Below, one piece after another: positions 1 through 10,024 of a stretch of DNA of 64,000 bases. Each line of letters opens with the position of its first letter. Positions within the stretch are counted from its first letter, which is position 1. The DNA is from Diplonema japonicum (lineage: Eukaryota > Protista > Euglenozoa: Diplonemea): positions 186,001 to 250,000 of the forward strand of contig OZ025734.1 in NCBI GenBank assembly GCA_964019335.1, read 5' to 3'. Below the pieces are notes generated by a model. That model did not search any database, was not told where the DNA came from, and saw only the letters and a list, made by a program, of their open reading frames with translations. Both the position numbers and the translations under genes were made by a program.

Positions 1-1219
1 ATTTTTATCACTCCAGTCCGTTTTTCTTTGTACACTGGGAGTGCAAGCAATATGTTGCCGAATCTGAATTTAATACCGTAAAAAGGAAAAAGAATTACCG
101 GAAGGAAAAATCATCACACCAGTCGGAGGTGTTTTTTTCCTTCCGGTGATTATCGACCTTTAGTATCTTAATTTTCTTTTTCACTTCCTATCCTTGAAAA
201 CCTGGCTCGAGTTATATAAAATATTAAAAAGAAAAAAAAATTCCCTTATTTTATGCCAGCGTTTACTTTCGAGGCCTCCCCATTTCTTTTTTTTTATTAT
301 TTATTCGAGACACAGAACAGCGTTACTGCGACGGGTGGGGGGGAGTGGGGGGAAAAAATAGAACAAGGGAGAATAAAAAAAAAAAAAAAAAAAAAAAAAG
401 AAAACTCGATAAAATTTCAGTGTGCATGGGGGTGCGGAAGTAGAAAAGAAAAAAAAAATTTTTTTTTGCACCAAATCAAACACACACAAAAAAATATTTC
501 AAAAAAAAAAAACTTCTTTTTTTTTCTTGCTCCCCCCCCCTTGCTGTTCCCAAACCATGTCTCTTTCTCTTTCAATCTTTTTTTTTTTTTTGTATCCTCC
601 CTTTTTTTTTTTTTTTTTTTCTTGTCCAGAAGAGACGTGGGCTTGGGTTTGCTTTTTTCGGGGGGTAAAAAGAAAAAAGTGGGGGTATAAACATCAAAAA
701 GAAAAAAAAAGAAGAAGAAGTAGAAGAAGAAGAGCGCCTTGGTGGAGTGGGCCCAAAGAAACCCTGCCACAAAGGCAAAGAACAGGGAAATGTTGCCTAT
801 CGAGCGATCGAGAGAAAATCGTCAGCAGGGGAAGGAACATGAGGGGGAGTAAAGGGAAGAGAGGTAAAAAAAAAAATAATAAAAATAATAAAAATAAAAC
901 AATAAGAGAGAGAGAGAGAGAGACTCTTTAAGAAAAAGAAGCCTGCTTCCCTCAATGAAATAAAATAACAATTTTTTTTTTTTTCTTTTTTGCAGTGAGC
1001 ATTAGTCTCCTCCTAGATGATGCAAATTGCTTTTATATAACCCCAGTCAGATTTTCAAACTGTGGAACAGTTAGATTTCAGAAGAAAAACAGGTGCAGGA
1101 ATGAAAACTACTTTATGAGTGAGTATAAAGTACTTTATCACCGCACAGCAAAGGGTTCGTGAGTGTTTACCGCATCCCCACACTTTCGAATCTGGCTGAC
1201 GTTAAATAAAAACAAACGG

Positions 1220-1377
1220 ATTTAGTGAAAATAGATCCGATTGTCACTTGTGGTGGCATGCTTAATTCGTTGATGTTACTTCACTCGCTTCGCTCGTGAA
1301 GTCATATACCCACTCGTTAAACCATTGCCCCCACGCGTGAAAAGCATACAATCTTATTTTCACTAAATAAAATAGTT
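1220..1377. mobile_element. Non-autonomous Crypton-like/MITE-like palindromic end
   Basis: Inverted repeats 1220-1236 and 1351-1368 surround a central hairpin acttcac-tcgcttcgctc-gtgaagt (1278-1302) and end in aataaaatagtt. The architecture and CTCGCTTCGCTCG core match 45112-45270 next to the tyrosine recombinase. Confidence 0.45.
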
Positions 1378-2093
1378 ATTTTTTTTTTCTTTTTTTATTC
1401 TTTTTTTTTTTTTTTTTTTTTTTTTTTTCCCCCGGAGAATTTTTTCCCACGTAGGGTTCTTTTTCTTCTTCTTTCCACTTCAGTCTTTTTTTTTTTTTTT
1501 TTTTTTTTTCTTTTTTTTTTTTAAATTCGGTTCACTACAAGGGTCGGGAGGGATTAAAAGCCTTAGTAAAGTTTGAGCTGAAGAAAGCAAATTGAACAAA
1601 AGTTGCCTCGACCCCTTTTCATCCCTCCCTACTTTTTCTTTCCGTCACATAGATAATATAGAGGAACCTGACCCTTATTAGTCCGTGCCCAAGTTAGAAA
1701 CCTGGAGGAGTTTATAAACTCGTAGGCACGTGTCACTGTTCCCCTTTATTGATAGACAAGTCAAAGACTCGTTCCTGCAAAAGTTTTTCGTTCTTTTTTT
1801 TTTTTTCCTTCCTTTTTTTTTTTCTCGTTCTGTATACTTCCCCCCCCCTAAAATCAGCAAAAAAAAAAAGAACTATTTATTTATTTTTAGAAAAAAAAGA
1901 AAAAAAAAAAAAAAAGGAAAGTAAGGATTAGTATTTCCTGCCTTTCAACCAAAACCAAAGAAAAATGAAATATAAAAAAATAAAAAATAAAACTGAGGGG
2001 GCGGGCAGGGGGGGGTGGTGAAGAGAGGTTTTTTTTGTGTGTCTTTTTTTATTTTTTGTTTTTTTTTTTTTTTTTTTAGTAGAATCAGTTTCG

Positions 2094-2131
<38 letters not shown>

Positions 2132-2278
2132 TTTTTAAAAAAAAAAGTTTTTTCGGTTTAAGTGGGATGGGGGGGGGGGGAAACAAAAGAATTTAAAAGA
2201 GAAAAAAAAAATAACTGATAGAGTAAAAAAAAAAAAAAAAAAAAAATTGCACCCCCTCCTCCCCCCTTCCCCCTCCTT

Positions 2279-3397
2279 TCACACAACCTGTCCTAATCCA
2301 ATTCTCAAATGATGCCGCGCGTTATAATGCGCGAAGCCTGTTGGCTGGGCACGGCACGGCACAGAAGGGGTGAATGCTTTGAATGAAATCGGGGATGGTG
2401 CGCCACGATGAGGCGGTGGCACGGAAATCGGTTGGAAAAGATTGCTCTCTTCCTCCTCTTCGTCATCCTCACACCCGTCAAAAAACTCGCAAAAATCAGT
2501 GGGAGAAGCCACGACAAGTTCCTCGTCAGACGAACAACTACTGGTGTCGCTGTCCCGGTCGCTGGTGAAATGGTTTCTTCTGTCCGTCAAAATTTTTTCC
2601 AGATCTCTCTCGGCAGGGCTGTCACCGCCATTCTCCAACCATCCAAAAACAGTGGAGTGATCAGGAATATTCATCCTGCTGTAATCCAGCAATTTTTCCA
2701 CCAACAAGTTCAAATCCTGTTTGATTTTCACATTTTGCTTCGAAGCCGCTAGACATGACACGGCACTAACCCCATACAAAAGCTGCCCCACTTCCACATT
2801 ACCGTTTTCAAGGTGCTTCTCAACCGATGCCAAACCTTTGTGAAAACCTTTTTTGTTGCTCAAAAAGGTTGTTCTAAGGAGCGTTGTTTCAAAGTTCGAC
2901 CCACCCCCAACGCCTATGCTTTTGTGCTTTTTCACCAATGCTTGAAGAGACACATGGGAGGGTGAGTAACAAGGTTTTGCGGCAAGCGCTCTTGTGAAGT
3001 GATAGCTTGCTTTTAAATCTTGGTTCAAGTTATCATAAACCATTCCAAGAAGGTGGTGGGTTGCACCGTGAGTTGGGTGGATGTGAAGTGCTGCCTCGTA
3101 GCACGCCAGCGAACTTTCGGTGTCGCCGAGTTCTCTTTGCACGTTGCCCAGGCCCAGCAGCAGGTCCCTTTTCAATCTCTCTTGCTTAACCCCTGCGAGC
3201 ATTCGCTCGTAGAAGTCGACCGCCCTCTCCAAACCCTCGCCTTCCTTTCCCCCCCACACGAGCTTCCATACCAAGCCCGTCACGTTTCTTGCGTCCGCGA
3301 ACTTCGGGCACTCCTGGATGAGCTTTTCACACGCCGACAGGATCTCATCCTCGCTACCGGTTGCCTTGCAGGTTTTTAAAAGCTTTGAAGGCTTCAT
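2279..3397 (-). CDS. TPR-repeat protein
   Basis: 372-aa ORF with TPR-like helices (LLLGLGNVQRELGDTESSLACYEAALHIHP; HHLLGMVYDNLNQDLKASYHFTRALAAKP) and an acidic low-complexity tail. Confidence 0.7.
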   Translation of the reverse strand: MKPSKLLKTCKATGSEDEILSACEKLIQECPKFADARNVTGLVWKLVWGGKEGEGLERAVDFYERMLAGVKQERLKRDLLLGLGNVQRELGDTESSLACYEAALHIHPTHGATHHLLGMVYDNLNQDLKASYHFTRALAAKPCYSPSHVSLQALVKKHKSIGVGGGSNFETTLLRTTFLSNKKGFHKGLASVEKHLENGNVEVGQLLYGVSAVSCLAASKQNVKIKQDLNLLVEKLLDYSRMNIPDHSTVFGWLENGGDSPAERDLEKILTDRRNHFTSDRDSDTSSCSSDEELVVASPTDFCEFFDGCEDDEEEEESNLFQPISVPPPHRGAPSPISFKAFTPSVPCRAQPTGFAHYNARHHLRIGLGQVV

Positions 3398-3426
3398 AAA
3401 AAAAATCTTTTTTTTTTTGTGTACTG

Positions 3427-3458
<32 letters not shown>

Positions 3459-3563
3459 CGGCAAAGCTGCCCTCGAAAAAAAAAAATAATGAATAAAAAA
3501 TATGGTACAACTTTTTTTTTTTTTTTTCCTTTTTTTTTTTTCAAAAACTTTTTTTTCCCCCCT

Positions 3564-5570
3564 TCACGAGACCAGCCATGAACCGATGCACGTGGAGTCC
3601 ACGAACATGGCAAGCGTGCCGCACCCAACCACCTTTATGTCCTTTACGAACGTGTTGGTTCCACTGCTGTTGTTGCTGTTGTGGTCGTCACGGCAGACCG
3701 TCTGTGCAAGGGTCCGCACAGAGTTGGAGGGCAGCGTCACATTGACTCTTTGCAACGCGGTTTCCTTAACCTGCTTCCTTCGCAGCTTGTCCTTCAGGAC
3801 ACGAGTGGTGATGACGTCCGCCGATTCCTCCGCTCGGGAGAGCTCCTCTTTCAATTCAAGCACCTCTGCCCCCAACCCGTTTTCGGGAAGGACCACCTCG
3901 AATCTATAAGTGAACCCTTCCGTGAGCGGGGACATCAGAGGGCTTTTTACAACAGCACGAAGACGACGATGCTCGTGGGTGGGGCGGAAAAACCGCTCTG
4001 GGATGCCCGGGGTTGTTTTTCGGACGACCACCCTTCCAACCCACCCGAAGGACGTCTCACATTTTTGCTTTGAAAACACATGCAGCGACACAAGCCCGTC
4101 CTTAACAGGCATGGTGTGCACAGACACCTTTGTCTCGGAAAGGTATTGAAGCAGAATTGACCCGGACCCCGATATCGGCCGGTATTCTTCATATGAACAT
4201 AATATTTCGGTTTCCGGCTCGACCCTCAAGAAAAATTCAGAATCGGTGACAGGGTGCTCTAAGGGCTTCACCGCCGACACATCTTTAAGGAATGTCATCG
4301 GGTACAGAAGTGGGTCTGACGAAAACTTTGCTTGATGTTGTATATTCTGAAGAGACAGATGTTTGCGAACCCTAACGTGCCGTGAGTCTTGAAAGCCGCA
4401 ACAGAACACGAATGTGAAGAGAGTTTTCTCCCGTTTCTGCAAGCACCCGGATCCAAGTGCAACAAGGGTCTCCTTCAGTAACGTTTCCCTGTTTTTCTGC
4501 GACAGCGATAAATCATACAACGCCTTGTAAGGGCTCACCGGTCCATCCTTCACCAGCGTTTCCCCTTGCAAGATCACGGTTTCCCCCATTGTCAACCCGT
4601 AGATATCCTTCTCCGTGTTCCGCTCCCTTGCGATTAACGATAAACCCCTGTAATATCTTACAGGCGGGACGGCAGGGCGCGACGAGTAGAATGCGGTAAT
4701 CTCCGAGATCTTCTCTATTAGTTCGGAGCAAGACCGTGCTTCTGCGTCCGTCTTGTCCAATACCTTGGAAAGTGTGTCGCGTTCCTTCTTGTGCGCGGCC
4801 TTAACCTCAGACAGCTTCTGGAGAAATACCGCTTCGTGTTCCCGTATTTCAAGGCTTTTCTTCCGTTTGTTCTTAGCCATCGCTGTTGATTCTTCTTGGT
4901 GGGATAGTGTGAGCTCGGAGATGGCTGCTTCGTGAGTTGCCTTCAAAGCTTCTTCTTCTTCTCTGCCGTTTTTTAGAAGAGCGTGTTGTGTTTTGAGTCG
5001 GTTGGTGGCCTCCGCCGCTGTTAGAAGATCCTTTGTGTGCGCGTCTTGTGTTCTGTACTCTGAAAAGATTTCCTGCGCGAAGGCAGTGGGGTTGGATCGT
5101 ATTTTATTTATTTTCGCGGCGAAGTCGAGTTCTGTCTTTGAGTGCTGGTCAGATGGTGCTTTGATGTGAGGTTTTGCAGAATTGCTTTTTACAGAGATCT
5201 GCGCAGGCCGTGCCATTACCTCTGGGGGACTGTTGGAAGAACTCTTGCAGACTTCTGGGCGGGTGCTCTGTTCGCACGTCATTGGTCGTTGCAAGGCGGG
5301 CAGCTTCTTCACCGCTACCACTTGCACATACATTGGCGGTGCTGAAACAGGTCTCACGACCTGCCCTATATCCATCTTGGGCATCGCGGCTCTGCTGCTC
5401 CCTGGTCTTTCCACGCCAGTGGACGCTTCCCGTATCATCGTCTCGTACCTGTTGCTCCGCCGCCTCACAGGGTTCATGATCTTTGTGATCCAACTGTTGT
5501 CCAAGCTTGCTTCGATCAGACCCGGTGAGCACACCCGTGGCCGCGTTGCCTCCTCCCGGTCTGGTGGCAT
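3564..5570 (-). CDS. Hypothetical protein with coiled coil, possibly a divergent CAP/SCP-like domain
   Basis: Long ORF. The likely start MPPDREE at 5570 follows a poly-A run. INKIRSNP..FA and RGLSLIARE resemble CAP-domain motifs split by a coiled coil (weak). Confidence 0.6.
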   Translation of the reverse strand: MPPDREEATRPRVCSPGLIEASLDNSWITKIMNPVRRRSNRYETMIREASTGVERPGSSRAAMPKMDIGQVVRPVSAPPMYVQVVAVKKLPALQRPMTCEQSTRPEVCKSSSNSPPEVMARPAQISVKSNSAKPHIKAPSDQHSKTELDFAAKINKIRSNPTAFAQEIFSEYRTQDAHTKDLLTAAEATNRLKTQHALLKNGREEEEALKATHEAAISELTLSHQEESTAMAKNKRKKSLEIREHEAVFLQKLSEVKAAHKKERDTLSKVLDKTDAEARSCSELIEKISEITAFYSSRPAVPPVRYYRGLSLIARERNTEKDIYGLTMGETVILQGETLVKDGPVSPYKALYDLSLSQKNRETLLKETLVALGSGCLQKREKTLFTFVFCCGFQDSRHVRVRKHLSLQNIQHQAKFSSDPLLYPMTFLKDVSAVKPLEHPVTDSEFFLRVEPETEILCSYEEYRPISGSGSILLQYLSETKVSVHTMPVKDGLVSLHVFSKQKCETSFGWVGRVVVRKTTPGIPERFFRPTHEHRRLRAVVKSPLMSPLTEGFTYRFEVVLPENGLGAEVLELKEELSRAEESADVITTRVLKDKLRRKQVKETALQRVNVTLPSNSVRTLAQTVCRDDHNSNNSSGTNTFVKDIKVVGCGTLAMFVDSTCIGSWLVS

Positions 5571-5571
5571 G

Positions 5572-5602
<31 letters not shown>

Positions 5603-5782
5603 CACTGGTGGTGTAGCCTTTTTCTTTGCCACGGCTTACCAAGGAACACGTTGCCTCGAGACACGTGCTCCCACGGGCACCGAGGAATGACGTAATTACA
5701 ACCAGATAATGCAACAAATGCTAAAAACCGACTCCCGCAAGAAGAAGAAGAAGAAGAAGAAGAAGAAGCAGAAAGATACCAA

Positions 5783-7570
5783 TCACCCCACAAGTTTGTT
5801 AATAGCGTGCTCAACACTCTCCCACCCTGCCTCGTCAAGGGCCTGACGTGCTTGGGCCTCGGAGAAGCCCAGTTCCATGACCTTGTTCGCCATAAAGGTT
5901 TTTTCTGCAGAGGAACGCTCGTTTTGAGCCTGCGGTGCAGGGGTGCCCTGCGCCTGCGCGATGAAATCAGCGATGGTACCCAGCTCGTCACTGGGGATGC
6001 TGTGCTGTGCAGCGAATCGGCGTGCGACATCTGCAGGGACCTCGCCGGGGTTCCAGGAGATGGTCAGACTCCGTCCGTCAGCAACTTCAACAGGGAAGTT
6101 GAAAGCATACGTCCCACCACCACCGCCACTGCTACTACCGGTGGTACCCTGCGCTTGATGCACAAAGCTCACAATATCAGGCACCTCATGTTGTGGGATG
6201 CGGTGCTCAGCGGCGAAGCGTGCTGCCACATCCTCTGGTTTTTCACCCGACACCCATGCTATCGTGAGCCGCCTTCCGTCGGCGACTTCTACCGGGAACT
6301 CAAACCCACTGGAAACGGGTGCTGAATGCGGTGGAACGACCTTCTCCATTCTTGCCGGCCCGCCTTCCCCTTGCTCGGAAGGGTCCAACGTCCACACGAT
6401 GCCAGCACCGTTCTCAAGCCCGACAAAGAGCTTTCCAGACGAGGCTTCGACAGCGAGGCTGGTGATGCCAGACGGGTGCGCGAGGCTGTTGAGTGTGTTG
6501 CCCTCCAAATCCAATATGTAAAGAGACCCGTCTGAACCGCCAGTGAAGATCATACGCCCCCAGACTGCCAGACCGCGGAGATGAGACCCGCAGACTTTGA
6601 CCGTTTTTATGATGCCCCCCGTGGCGGCGTGGCATGTAAGGTAGCCTTCAAACCCGCAGGAGACGAAGCCGGCGTTTAAAGGATTCGGTGAAGACAGCTT
6701 TGCAAGGCATCTCTGCGGGTGGTCCATCGCTGTCGTGTTGAGGCATGCCTGGGTTGTGGTGGACCAGATTTTGACGGTTTTGTCGTCTGAGGTTGTCGCC
6801 ACCACACCATCGTCCAAGTACAGACCTGCATTCACAGCCTGCGTGTGGCCTTCGAAGACAGCAACGCAAGTCGTGCAACCGGCTTCCCATAACCTCGCTG
6901 TCGTGTCCCAGCTACAGGTCAGCACTGTACCACCCGGTAGGCCCACCACGCTGCTTACGACCTGGCTGTTGGTTCGTCCGGTTTTTCCGTGGGATTGGAT
7001 TTTCACTCCTACCGTGCTTCCATTCCATTGTACCGCCCCGTCCCTACCTGACGAGAGAAGGGTTCCCGATGGTGTTGCTGTCACAGACATGACACCAGAG
7101 GTACCTTTCACGGTCTCGTGGCCCATAAGAATGGTGTCGTCTCCGTTGTTGGCATGGACCCTGATTGTGTTGTCCGAGTCTCCTGAGACGGGTGTGCCGT
7201 CCAGCCACGTCACGCAGTTGATCTTCCCTGTTGTCGGTTTGATCTCCTTCATGAAGAGGTAGCCGTTGTTCGGGGTTCGTTCCAGCATTTTCAACGCCTT
7301 CGCGGCTTGCGGGCTGGGGTCGAAAATCCTCACAACGAGGACGGTGTCCTCGCGGGTGAAGCCGCATGCTTTCAGGATGTCCTCGCCGCCCTTTACATCT
7401 ACAACGGCCTGCTTGATCTTAGCGTTCGTGGTTTTCACAGACCGGTACACCTCACTGTAAGGGTCTTTGAGGAGGTTTCCCAAAAGCTTTTTGAGTATGC
7501 CCGTGCAGAGTGCGATGTCTTCCTCTGTGTTAGAGGTATGAAGGGTGGAAACAGCGGTTTGGAGGTCCAT
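5783..7570 (-). CDS. PLAA/Doa1(Ufd3)-like p97 cofactor: PUB-WD40-PFU-PFU-UBA
   Basis: N-terminal PUB (KLLGNLLKDP..VYRSVKTTN..GGEDILKACGF), WD40 repeats (TCSWDTTARLWE, TTSDDKTVKIWS), two PFU-like copies (FPVEVADGR.LTI.W..GE.P.DVA.RFA) and a C-terminal UBA (VMELGFSEAQARQAL). Confidence 0.75.
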   Translation of the reverse strand: MDLQTAVSTLHTSNTEEDIALCTGILKKLLGNLLKDPYSEVYRSVKTTNAKIKQAVVDVKGGEDILKACGFTREDTVLVVRIFDPSPQAAKALKMLERTPNNGYLFMKEIKPTTGKINCVTWLDGTPVSGDSDNTIRVHANNGDDTILMGHETVKGTSGVMSVTATPSGTLLSSGRDGAVQWNGSTVGVKIQSHGKTGRTNSQVVSSVVGLPGGTVLTCSWDTTARLWEAGCTTCVAVFEGHTQAVNAGLYLDDGVVATTSDDKTVKIWSTTTQACLNTTAMDHPQRCLAKLSSPNPLNAGFVSCGFEGYLTCHAATGGIIKTVKVCGSHLRGLAVWGRMIFTGGSDGSLYILDLEGNTLNSLAHPSGITSLAVEASSGKLFVGLENGAGIVWTLDPSEQGEGGPARMEKVVPPHSAPVSSGFEFPVEVADGRRLTIAWVSGEKPEDVAARFAAEHRIPQHEVPDIVSFVHQAQGTTGSSSGGGGGTYAFNFPVEVADGRSLTISWNPGEVPADVARRFAAQHSIPSDELGTIADFIAQAQGTPAPQAQNERSSAEKTFMANKVMELGFSEAQARQALDEAGWESVEHAINKLVG

Positions 7571-7634
7571 TTCCTTGGGGAAACGTTAATGTACATATAT
7601 TTCTTTTAAAAAAAAAAAATAAAAAAAAAAAAAT

Positions 7635-8339
7635 TCAAAAAACAAGCAAGTCCACCGCGAAGGAGTATCTCGAAAAGGCGATGAATAACCACCGGTACCA
7701 CACCATTTGCGACCAGTGGCACAGCATGGACCTCCAACATGAGGCAGGTGTCGGGGCTGTGAGCGTAATGTCCCCCCCAAGAGAGACACTCCCCGTTAGG
7801 CAAGAGGTGAACTTCAGATACAAAGGGACCGTGAGCACCTGGAAAAGAGTCTTCACACTCTTCGTAGATTTCAGGGCGGAACACGCATGGGAGACTGCAA
7901 TATGGTTAGGGTGGCTTGAAACACCATAGGGGTCGAACGTTAGAATATGCGAAGGGTGGGGGATGTTCCTTTTGATCGTCTCGGCTAGAGCTTCAACAGG
8001 CCATTCCTCTTGCAGCCCGTCCTTGAACCTTGGGTCGCTTATCACAGTGACGTCGTTGTGGTGGATCCCGAATATCTTTGCGCTCTCGCTGAGCTCCTTC
8101 ACCCTCGTCTCGCCCAGCCCAGCTGCGTTCCCGTTGCACACACACACTATCCTGATCTTCTTGTACCATTCCCTCATGCTCTCCAGCGCTGGCGCCATGA
8201 ACATTCCTTCGTCGTCCGGATGTGCGATCACCACTACTAGCTCGTCACCCCCCACACGGGGGTCCTTCACCTTTGTTCTATTCTTACCCAGCCATACGAG
8301 TATCGATACAAGCAACGCGATAAAGGTGAAGAGATACAT
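7635..8339 (-). CDS. PIGL: N-acetylglucosaminyl-phosphatidylinositol de-N-acetylase (GPI biosynthesis)
   Basis: N-terminal membrane anchor plus the PIG-L/GPI12 motifs IAHPDDE, TFDPYGVSSHPNH and HWSQMVWYR. Confidence 0.92.
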   Translation of the reverse strand: MYLFTFIALLVSILVWLGKNRTKVKDPRVGGDELVVVIAHPDDEGMFMAPALESMREWYKKIRIVCVCNGNAAGLGETRVKELSESAKIFGIHHNDVTVISDPRFKDGLQEEWPVEALAETIKRNIPHPSHILTFDPYGVSSHPNHIAVSHACSALKSTKSVKTLFQVLTVPLYLKFTSCLTGSVSLGGDITLTAPTPASCWRSMLCHWSQMVWYRWLFIAFSRYSFAVDLLVF

Positions 8340-8492
8340 AACAGGTGGGGGTGGACCCTTTTTTTTTTTTTTTTTTTTTTCAGACCAAAAAAAAAAAAAA
8401 AAAAAAAAAAAACTATGGAAAAAAAATTAAGGGGGAAATTAAAGGGGTAGGGGGGGATGTTTTCTTTTTTTTTTTCCTCTAGCAAAAATGTT

Positions 8493-9854
8493 CTACCCGC
8501 TCCTGTTCTCCCATGCGGCATATTTCTCCCAGATGGACGCTGTTTTGGGGTTTCTAATTCTTTTCACAGGGACTGTTTTGGCGGTGGGTGCAGGATTTTT
8601 TTTCTCAGCAGGCAGGGCGTTGGGGTCGGCGTGGCAAGGGGTGAGGTAGGTGTCGAAGCCGGAGATCGTGCTGTCGAGCGCTTTCTTCTCGAGCTGTTCC
8701 AAGAGCTCGACCTCCTGCGCCATGAAGGACAGCTCTTGGTCCCTCGTGAGCTTTTCCTGTTTCAACTCCTCAAGGTACGCGAGCCGCCTGGCCTCCCTCT
8801 CCTTCTCCTCGGCTTCTATGTCACGCAACGCTGCTTCTTCAGCAGCTACCTTCTCCTCTCTGGATCTTTGTTTCCTTTCTGCTTCGTCTCTATTCTGTTT
8901 CATCGCTTCTTGAAGCTCGTTCACTGATGCCTTGAACTCCTTAGCAAGCTCTGTCATTTCATCCTCTTGTGTGTTTACAAGGTCTCTGCGTTCCCTTTGG
9001 TGAGCTGTTTTGTTCTCGGTCAGCCAGGCCTGGCGTTTTTCTTCTTCCACACGAAGTTCCGCTTCGCGTTTCTCTTTAGTGGCCCTGGCAGCTTCTTGCA
9101 TCGCTTTGTATTTCTTCATGGAAGCCTTCTCCGCTTGTTTCTTTTCTTCTCTTATGGCGTCTCTTTCCGCTTGTTCAGCTTCGAAGCCACCTGTTACCCA
9201 TGCGTCGGTGGCGCGCCTGTCGTCAGGGAAGACGGGACGTTCGTCCATAAAAGTTAAGGTTTTTATAGTTCCCACCATCTTTCTTCTGAAGTATCTAGTT
9301 TGGTTGGGGAGCTCGTTGCCTTGGATGTACAGACAGGCTAGTGAAGGGAGCTTTGAAAGGAGGTCGATCACCTGTTCTGGTGTCTCACCTTGATCTTTGT
9401 CGCAGGTCAGCCCGTTGTTCGCGATGTCCAGGCAGGATAAGTTGTTGCAGCCCAACAGTCCCTGCAGCCCCGATACGTCGGAGATCCTGTTCTGTGAGAT
9501 CAAAAGTGTTTCGAGGTTGGGGAGGTCCGAGAGCCCCTCGATCTTCGTGATGTAGTTCTGGGAAAGGTTAAGGGTGTGCAGGGATTGTAGTGCACTGAGG
9601 CCATGCATGGATGTGATGCAATTCTGGTGGAGGTACAGGCAGCCGATGGACGTCAGCTTGTCCAAATTCTCGATTTTAGAAAGCGCGTTTTGCTGCAGCC
9701 ACAGGGCTTTGATTTTGTCGTAGATTCCAATCACCTCCTCGATTCTGATGAACCCCTTGCAGTGCAGATACAGTTGGTCGTTCAGGTACGGCTGCAGGTA
9801 CCCGTCGTGCTCCTTGATGCACTTCTCAATCGCAGCTCTCGTCATCTCTGCCAT
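8493..9854 (-). CDS. DNAAF1: Dynein axonemal assembly factor 1-like (LRRC50/ODA7) LRR protein
   Basis: Y..PYLNDQLYLHCKGF..IE, SDS22-type LRRs, LRRcap LTFMDERPVFPDDR and a coiled-coil tail. Start MAEMTR at 9854; the longer ORF start is poly-A read-in. Confidence 0.85.
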   Translation of the reverse strand: MAEMTRAAIEKCIKEHDGYLQPYLNDQLYLHCKGFIRIEEVIGIYDKIKALWLQQNALSKIENLDKLTSIGCLYLHQNCITSMHGLSALQSLHTLNLSQNYITKIEGLSDLPNLETLLISQNRISDVSGLQGLLGCNNLSCLDIANNGLTCDKDQGETPEQVIDLLSKLPSLACLYIQGNELPNQTRYFRRKMVGTIKTLTFMDERPVFPDDRRATDAWVTGGFEAEQAERDAIREEKKQAEKASMKKYKAMQEAARATKEKREAELRVEEEKRQAWLTENKTAHQRERRDLVNTQEDEMTELAKEFKASVNELQEAMKQNRDEAERKQRSREEKVAAEEAALRDIEAEEKEREARRLAYLEELKQEKLTRDQELSFMAQEVELLEQLEKKALDSTISGFDTYLTPCHADPNALPAEKKNPAPTAKTVPVKRIRNPKTASIWEKYAAWENRSG

Positions 9855-9947
9855 TTTTTCTGTTTTCTTTCTTTTTCTTTTTTTTCCCTCCCCTGCCTGC
9901 TTCTTTTGTAAAATGTTTTCTTTGGGTAGAAAAAACAAAATAAAAAG

Positions 9948-9978
<31 letters not shown>

Positions 9979-10024
9979 CTCTCTCTCTTCTTTTTTACCC
10001 CGGTCATTTTGTGATTCCTTTTAG

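Noticed and set aside
253-1931. Short poly-Lys/poly-Phe ORFs here and in other spacers (e.g. 13410-13935, 29533-30600, 41467-42057)
   Set aside because: They are translations of A/T homopolymer runs with no protein-like content.
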